A stretch of DNA of 64,000 nt from Babesia bigemina (lineage: Eukaryota), in contig NC_027220.1 in NCBI RefSeq assembly GCF_000981445.1, positions 62,001 through 126,000 on the forward strand. Direction: 5' to 3'. Both the position numbers and the translations under genes were made by a program. Below the pieces are notes generated by a model that was not told the origin of the DNA, did not search any database, and was given only the letters and a program-made list of their open reading frames with translations. Below, piece after piece: positions 58,154 through 64,000 of the stretch. The number at the start of each line of letters is the position of its first letter. Positions within the stretch are counted from its first letter, which is position 1.

Positions 58154-59802
58154 ATGCAAGGCATGTACAGCTTTTTCAACGAGCCGTACGACTTTCAGCT
58201 CGTTCTCGGGATCACTTTGGTCGGCATCCCTGAACTATGGTACGACTGAAATCTTGTATTCGTGACGTCTCTCAGGGACGGTGAGGATTTGCTGCGCTAT
58301 TTGCGCACGTACAGCTTCATGTTCGGCGATGAGCTGGCTCTCGGTTTCTGCGGCGTCTCACTGATGGAAGCCACTTCAGAAGAGCCTCGCCGTGCACATC
58401 TGATCTGCGACAACCTCATTACCAAGCAGGTTGGTGGCGTTTACACTTTTTTGGTTCAACCTACTCGCAGAGGTGCCTCCAGATGCGCGTGATGCCTATT
58501 GTGGTTGCGGATGACGAGGTCCCGGGCCCGTACCCCTGCGTCATCGTCGCCATTCGCCCTTACTGCTTCTGGGTTCGGCGCACTAGGGACAGCCCAGTGC
58601 TACCGTTCATGTTTCCCAAGTACACGTCCCGTGAGGTGGTGGGTGAGGAGTTCGAGGCCAAGATGCTGCTTATGCCCAATAACCAAAGGCTGCTTGTGGT
58701 GGCAACGATGATCGGCGCTGGAATAATCCCTACAGGTTAGTTTCACTTCATACGCACGCGTTTTCCTTTTTTGTAGCTTGCTTAATGCCGGTGTGGAAAA
58801 TAATTTGTTGCCACGCTTTCGCCGTGGTATACTGAATATTTTTCACGCTGTTAATTTACAGTGCGCAATACCGTGCCGAATCGCGTCTGTAACAAACCTG
58901 CCAGCGTTTTGTGACTCCTTTGTTGCTTTTCCATGGTGAAGTAATGTTCTTCGTGCTGCGCCGAATTTCCCATCGCAGCAGCAGCAGCGCCGGGTGGACC
59001 AACAACATCATTCGGTTCCACAACTTTGGCGTTCGCGGTTCCATTGCATCTTTCTCTTTTTGTCGTAAAAATAGTACCTGTTGTGTACCCTTTTCATCGA
59101 GTTGCGCTGTTCCATCCGCTCGTAGACCGCCGACACTTGGACGTCTCATCAGTGCTTCAACTCTGGTTGACCGAACTATCCGGTTCCAGGGCTCAGCTTC
59201 TCACCGACCAGCTATCGCATTTGCACCGCGCCATTTCCAACTTTTCTCCGCACCGTTTGGGCGTTTCTGACGACTTGATATACGCCGCCGACTACCGTGA
59301 GCTGTTCAGCTGGACGTGGCCTTGGAATCCCTGCGTCTCGGAACAGGAGATCGAGCGGCCCTGCCGCTCGCTCCAGGAGCATGGGGGCGAGGGAGGTGCT
59401 CCCATCCAATTCGCTCGAATCAAGCGCGGCGCCCGTCACACCGGTTGCATCCGCTACGAGCACAATCGCAAGCGCTGGGTCGTGGACCTGTCGGTTAACG
59501 GCTGCCGCATGCAGAAATGCTTCCACGAGAACCTATACGGCATGGTTGGCGGGCTGCAGGCTGCTCGCAAATGGCGTCTCGACTATATCCGCAACACGCA
59601 CAACGAGTTCGACATCGAGGCTGAGGAACGCATTGTGAACGATCTTGTCGACAAGATCGTCGCGATGGACGACCTGCAGCGCGACGGGCTTTTGTGCGCG
59701 CTTCGCAAGCCGGTGCCGACTTACGAGCACATCCTAGGCGCGCGCAGCCTATGCGACATCGTCGACGGGCGGTTGGCTGCAATCGGCCATTACAAGCCGT
59801 GA
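58154..59802 (+). CDS. ApiAP2 transcription factor (single AP2 domain in the last exon); upstream exon structure uncertain
   Basis: GCIRYEHNRKRWVVDLSVNGCRMQKCFHENLYGMVGGLQAARKWR at ~59440-59580. The last ORF has no ATG before the domain, so upstream exons from ATG 58154 are inferred. Confidence 0.75.
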
Positions 59803-59994
59803 CGCTGTTTAACTTTGCATTGTATAGTATTCTCGTAAGAACGGGCTTAAATAACGTGTTTTCCGGCAAGTGTGTATTTTTAATGTCTGGTCGACAACCG
59901 ACGTCGTGATCCGCCACGCGCGTTCGGTATCCCCGCCCGTCCGAACCGGTAGATGCGTTTTTCGCCTCTGAGATGTGTTTAACTGCACAGCAAC

Positions 59995-60668
59995 ATGGCC
60001 CCGTCGCTTGAGCAGTTTATTGAGTGTAGGTGGCTATGTGTCTGCGTAAACTCTGTGCAGGCCAGGTGTGCGTGGTGACCGTCGACGGCCGCGTTTTTGT
60101 CGGCTCCTTGAAGGGTTTCGACCAAGTGACGAATTTGGTGCTCTACAACTGCTCGGAGCGCGTGTTCAGGAAGGGCGCTGCTTTCGAGGACCTTCCTCTC
60201 GGCATCTACTTGATTCGCGGCGACAACATGTACGTTTACATGTGATTCCGTTTACGTCATGCTTTCGTGCAAGTCAGCAAGCACGCAATGCCCGCGACGT
60301 CATTGTTCAGCAGCCTGTGTCCACCCCGGAGCTAAGGCTTGCTGTGTATTGCTGGTCGACAGTATCCGACTACGTTTATCAGGGCTTTTACAGCCCAGCA
60401 AAATAGCGTCTGGCGCTAAGTGTGTCACTTTATGGGCGTGTCATTGTGTTTTGTTTAGAGAAGGTCCTACTGCGGTTATTATTTCGTCATTACGTGCATA
60501 CGTGTTTCCGTTTTGGGTTTGAAAAACTCCGCAATTTACATTGATTCAACCGTCGCACCGCCTTTTGTTACATGCTGTTGCAGCGCGCTGGTGGGAGAAA
60601 TGGACGTTGAGGTAGACAAGACCCTCGAGGGCCTCGAGGCGGAGCCGCTGAAGCCGGTGGTCTACTGA
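59995..60668 (+). CDS. LSM8: U6 snRNA-associated Sm-like protein LSm8; 3 exons
   Basis: MAPSLEQFIEC-QVCVVTVDGRVFVGSLKGFDQVTNLVL..ERVF..LGIYLIRGDNI-ALVGEMD..AEPLKPVVY*. Confidence 0.92.
60397..60543 (+). ncRNA. Candidate intronic box H/ACA snoRNA
   Basis: Hairpin (agcaaaata/tgttttgtt, gcgct/ggcgt, aagtg/cactt), H box AGAGAA at 60457, second hairpin (tgcgg/ccgca, tttc/gaaa), ACA at 60538; lies inside an unusually long LSM8 intron. Confidence 0.5.
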
Positions 60669-61670
60669 CCGCGGACTGCATCGACGTTGAAGAAACAGTT
60701 GACTACATATTTGGTGCCAACTCTGGGGCTGGTGCCGGCGTGTATCATGCGGAAGTCTGGCAGTCCGTCCTCAGTGGTATTTTTCCAGTAAAGCCCGCTG
60801 TTCGCTATCGGTTTGACGGCCAGGTTTAGGCTTGGGAAAACAGTCTCTCCGCCTTCCACATCTGCGCAATGATTTTCCCCGGGCACTACAGATAGTTTGT
60901 GCAGCTCTACGTGGATACAGCCGTGCTGTGGGCAATGCCCGTGGCTGCAGCCGGGGCAGAGTGCGCCTCTCCGCGTTGAAAGGCGCTCCCCCGATTGCCG
61001 CGCATAATAACTGCTTACCGTTAAGGTATATAAGTATGGTGTGAGACCTGAACGGTCCGTCGTGGTGCTCCTTAAAGTAGTCGCCCGGATTATACTTGAC
61101 CATGACCAGTCGCTCCAAGTGTCTCACGTCGACGCGTGCAACAAGCGCCACTCGGCTTTCGATTTCGGCGATGATGGGCGTCTCTCCGTACGAGAACACT
61201 GCGCTTTGGCTACGCCTTGTGCGGCTGATTTGGGTGCTGTACGCGTCCTGAGCGCGTTAAAATGCCCATGTGCTTTATAGCAACGGTACCTGTGATGCTG
61301 AGGCAGGTCCCCTCGAGGTCTGGCTGCTGACCCAGCGCGACTCGCTCATCTGTATCAGGTGCGCCACCCACTCGCGCTCAAGTATGTTGAGAATGATAGA
61401 GACGTGCGGCTCGATCGATATGAACAGCTTAGGGAAGGTCCGCTGCTGGCCGGTGGCCATGTTTTCGAGGATGACCTCCGCCTGCTTGAAGCAGCGGATA
61501 TCGAACCCCTCGGAGTCATTCGACTGCACCACTACGTGGTTGAGTCCCTGGTATTCATCTACGTGGCATCCCTTAGTCTCGTCAGCATCGTCCTGCTTGT
61601 TCGTGCCTTGCGGCGGCGCCATCGCCGCAATGTCGACCGTAATTGCCACGCCAACAGCAGCATTCAACAA
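60662..61670 (-). CDS. Prolyl 4-hydroxylase alpha-like 2OG-Fe(II) oxygenase; multi-exon, start uncertain
   Basis: ERLVMVKYNPGDYFKEHHD..TILIYLN-DVEGGETVFP..MIHAGTSPRVGTKYVVN (HxD...H...K). Confidence 0.85.
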
Positions 61671-62188
61671 ATGCAGACAGTGTGTACGGTTGCGTTAATG
61701 TGTGCTTTGGGTGTGTAAGGGTGACGGCGCGCATGTGCCGCCTGCGGCCGGCCTAACTCGACCTGGTCGTCCTGCACGCGGCCCGGGTTCGCACATCGTA
61801 TCGTGCACGGGTGTTTCGGACCACGTCAAATGTGTGCTCAGTTAGCTGGCATCTTGCCGTGCAAGCAGCCGTGTCTAGCGTACTAAGAGTCGGCGTCGGT
61901 GTGCTCGGGCCGGAACCGTCCGTGTATTGGTGTGCGCAAAAGCGGCCGCCGCAGTCGCGTCTTTTGAAATTGGTTCTGGCTTAGTTCTGAATCACACGTG
62001 TTCACGGAACTTCCTCGCAGCTAATTTTCCGTGTTCGGCTGTGATCGTTCACACTCCCCATACTGTCTCCCGTTGGCCGCCTCGGCCGCCCTCATACATT
62101 GCTATTGTGTTGTGACCGAGGCCACCTCATTTCACACATTGCATTTCTACTTGTTTTCCACCCGGTTTCGGCCTTTCGAAGTCTAGCA

Positions 62189-63621
62189 ATGGAGTTCTTC
62201 AGGCCTTTGGCGTTTCTTTCCTGGGCTGTAGGTGTCTGTCTCCTCGGCGCCTGTGGCACCCCCGCGTACGCATCCGGGAGCGTTGTTGAGCTCACTGAGA
62301 AGAACATCCACGAGTTCCTGGCCGAGAAAGACGCCGTTTTGGTGAAGTTCTACGCCCCATGGTAGGTGGATGTGTGTGACCGTCTGAGATTCTCAGGTGT
62401 ATGCACTGCCAGGCCCTGGCCCCCGAGTATGAGAAGGCCGCTAAGCAGCTCGCGGAGGAGGGCTCCGAGGTGGTACTGGCCGAGATCAACTGCGACGGTG
62501 CAGTGGGTGTTGCTCAGGAGTTCGGCGTTGAGGGCTACCCTACGCTGAAGTTCTTCCGCAAGGGTGTTGCTAGGAGCTACACCGGTTCCCGCCAGGCCGA
62601 TGGCATCGTGAGCTGGTGCAAAACGGTCTTGTTGCCCGCCGTCATCAACGTTTCCAGTGTGAGCGAGATCCCTGAGGACGCCGAGGTCACCTTCGTGTCC
62701 GTGGGCTACGACTCGTCTGATGAGCTTATGAAGGAGTTCGAGAACCTCGCTGACCTGCACCGCGACGACGCTAAGTTCTACGCGGTGTCTGGCGGCGATA
62801 AGGCCATCTACGTGCTCCACAAGCCGAATGAGCGGTTCGACTTCAGCGCGTCAACCGCCGACAAGCTGGTTGAGTTCGTGCAGCAGGAATCTCTGCCTCT
62901 GTTCTCCGAGATTAGCCACGCCAACTACATGCGCTACTTCAGCTCCGGCAAGTCCATCTCGTGGTTCTGCGCCGTCGCTGCCGACTACGAGAAGTACCGC
63001 GCCGTGTTCACCAAGGTTGCTCGCGAGCTGCGCTCATATGTGCTGTTCGCCTGGCTCGACGTGGAGAAGTTCACCGCCGCCAAGGAGGCGTTCGCTGTTA
63101 ATTCCTTCCCCTCCGTTGCTCACCAGACCGATATGGGCCGCTACATTTTGGTCCCTGAGTCGTACTCCTTCGATGACGTGGACGCCGTGCTGACCTTCTA
63201 CTCCGACGTCGACGCTGGCAAGGTCGCCCGCAGCATCAAGAGTGAGGAAGAGCCCGCTAACAACGACGGCCCCGTTGTGACCCTTGTGGGCAAGACTCTG
63301 CCCGACTTCGTGAACAACGCCACCCGCCCCATCATGCTGATGATCCACTCTCCCTTCTGCGAGCACTGCAAGAAGTTCATGCCCGTGTACACCGCCTTCG
63401 GTGAGTCGATGGGCACCGACGGTCGCGTGATCGTGGCGCTGCTGAACGGTGACGGCAACGAGTCGTCTTTGGACCACATCCAATGGACTGCGTACCCCAC
63501 CGTCCTTTTGATTCAGCCCGGCAGCACTGAGGTCGTCACTTTCGACGGCAAGCGCACGTTGGAGGACTTGAAGGAGTTCGTGGAGAAGCATTGCCCGGAC
63601 GAGCGCCACGGTGAGCTCTAG
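62189..63621 (+). CDS. PDI: Protein disulfide-isomerase; 2 exons
   Basis: Signal peptide. Intron 62362-62396 gives FYAPWCMHC; second site PFCEHC; C-terminal HGEL ER-retention-type motif. Confidence 0.95.
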
Positions 63622-63754
63622 AAGCACGCCGGATGCCTCATTTATATACACGTATCATGCGGTATCGTTAATAGGCGTTTCTGCTGCTATAGTGTTTATG
63701 TGTTGCCTGCCGTTGGTGTCGCCATCCCGCTGTGTCTCCGGGCCCGTCCGTGCG

Positions 63755-64000
63755 TCAAATGTTTCCGATGAACCCTCTGCAGTTGCGCGCGTCGCAGAGG
63801 CAGGGTATGCTCTTGTACTGCGAGCCGTAGCAGTAGGTCAGCGCCTCTCCCGCTGCGATGTCGCGCAACGCGTACACTGCGATGCACGGGAAGTCGTCGC
63901 CGCGCCACACGGTGATGACCTCGACGTTGGGGTCGCATGAGTGGTTGAGGAAGCGTGCGATGTTGCCGAGCACCATTGAGTCCATGCACGGCATTTGCCA
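63755..64000 (-). CDS. C-terminus of a SET/post-SET histone lysine methyltransferase (truncated by the window)
   Basis: GNIARFLNHSCDPN..ALRDIAAGEALTYCYG..CLCDARNCRGFI. Confidence 0.92.
   Translation of the reverse strand, partial: WQMPCMDSMVLGNIARFLNHSCDPNVEVITVWRGDDFPCIAVYALRDIAAGEALTYCYGSQYKSIPCLCDARNCRGFIGNI

Noticed and set aside
1..64000. CRISPR arrays, rRNA, tRNA, prophage or bacterial defence systems
   Set aside because: None seen; the DNA is intron-containing and eukaryotic, and its bacterial-type genes carry organelle-targeting leaders.

Overview
Eukaryotic genomic DNA from an apicomplexan (piroplasm), almost certainly Babesia. The evidence is ~35-nt GT-AG introns, apicoplast-targeted enzymes, an ApiAP2 factor, a 6-Cys protein and ves-like genes; the short MVYKSLTEAPHNLKEGIDWL genes recall B. 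caballi/B. ovata, but the species is not established. Layout: (1) 1-13.3 kb: two convergent cysteine-repeat modular protein (CRMP) paralogues, 90 bp apart, sharing ~930 bp of nearly identical inverted sequence plus two ~150-bp identical patches. (2) 13.7-41.4 kb: dense housekeeping genes (PPGG-motif protein, ERCC1, p25alpha-like protein, apicoplast NFACT/RqcH-like protein, EIPR1, AlaRS with a spliced apicoplast leader, VPS53, TIM50, DWNN-RING, RluA, TCF25). (3) 41.5-55.1 kb: a gene-sparse, AT-richer island with a 6-Cys gene, a ves pseudogene and three tandem short ves-like genes. (4) 55-64 kb: apicoplast LeuRS, ApiAP2, LSM8 (with a candidate intronic H/ACA snoRNA), prolyl 4-hydroxylase, PDI and the end of a SET-domain gene. 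The most notable signal is the inverted CRMP pair, consistent with ongoing two-way gene conversion and a possible inversion that would swap C-termini. All identifications are by motif recognition; no database searches were run.
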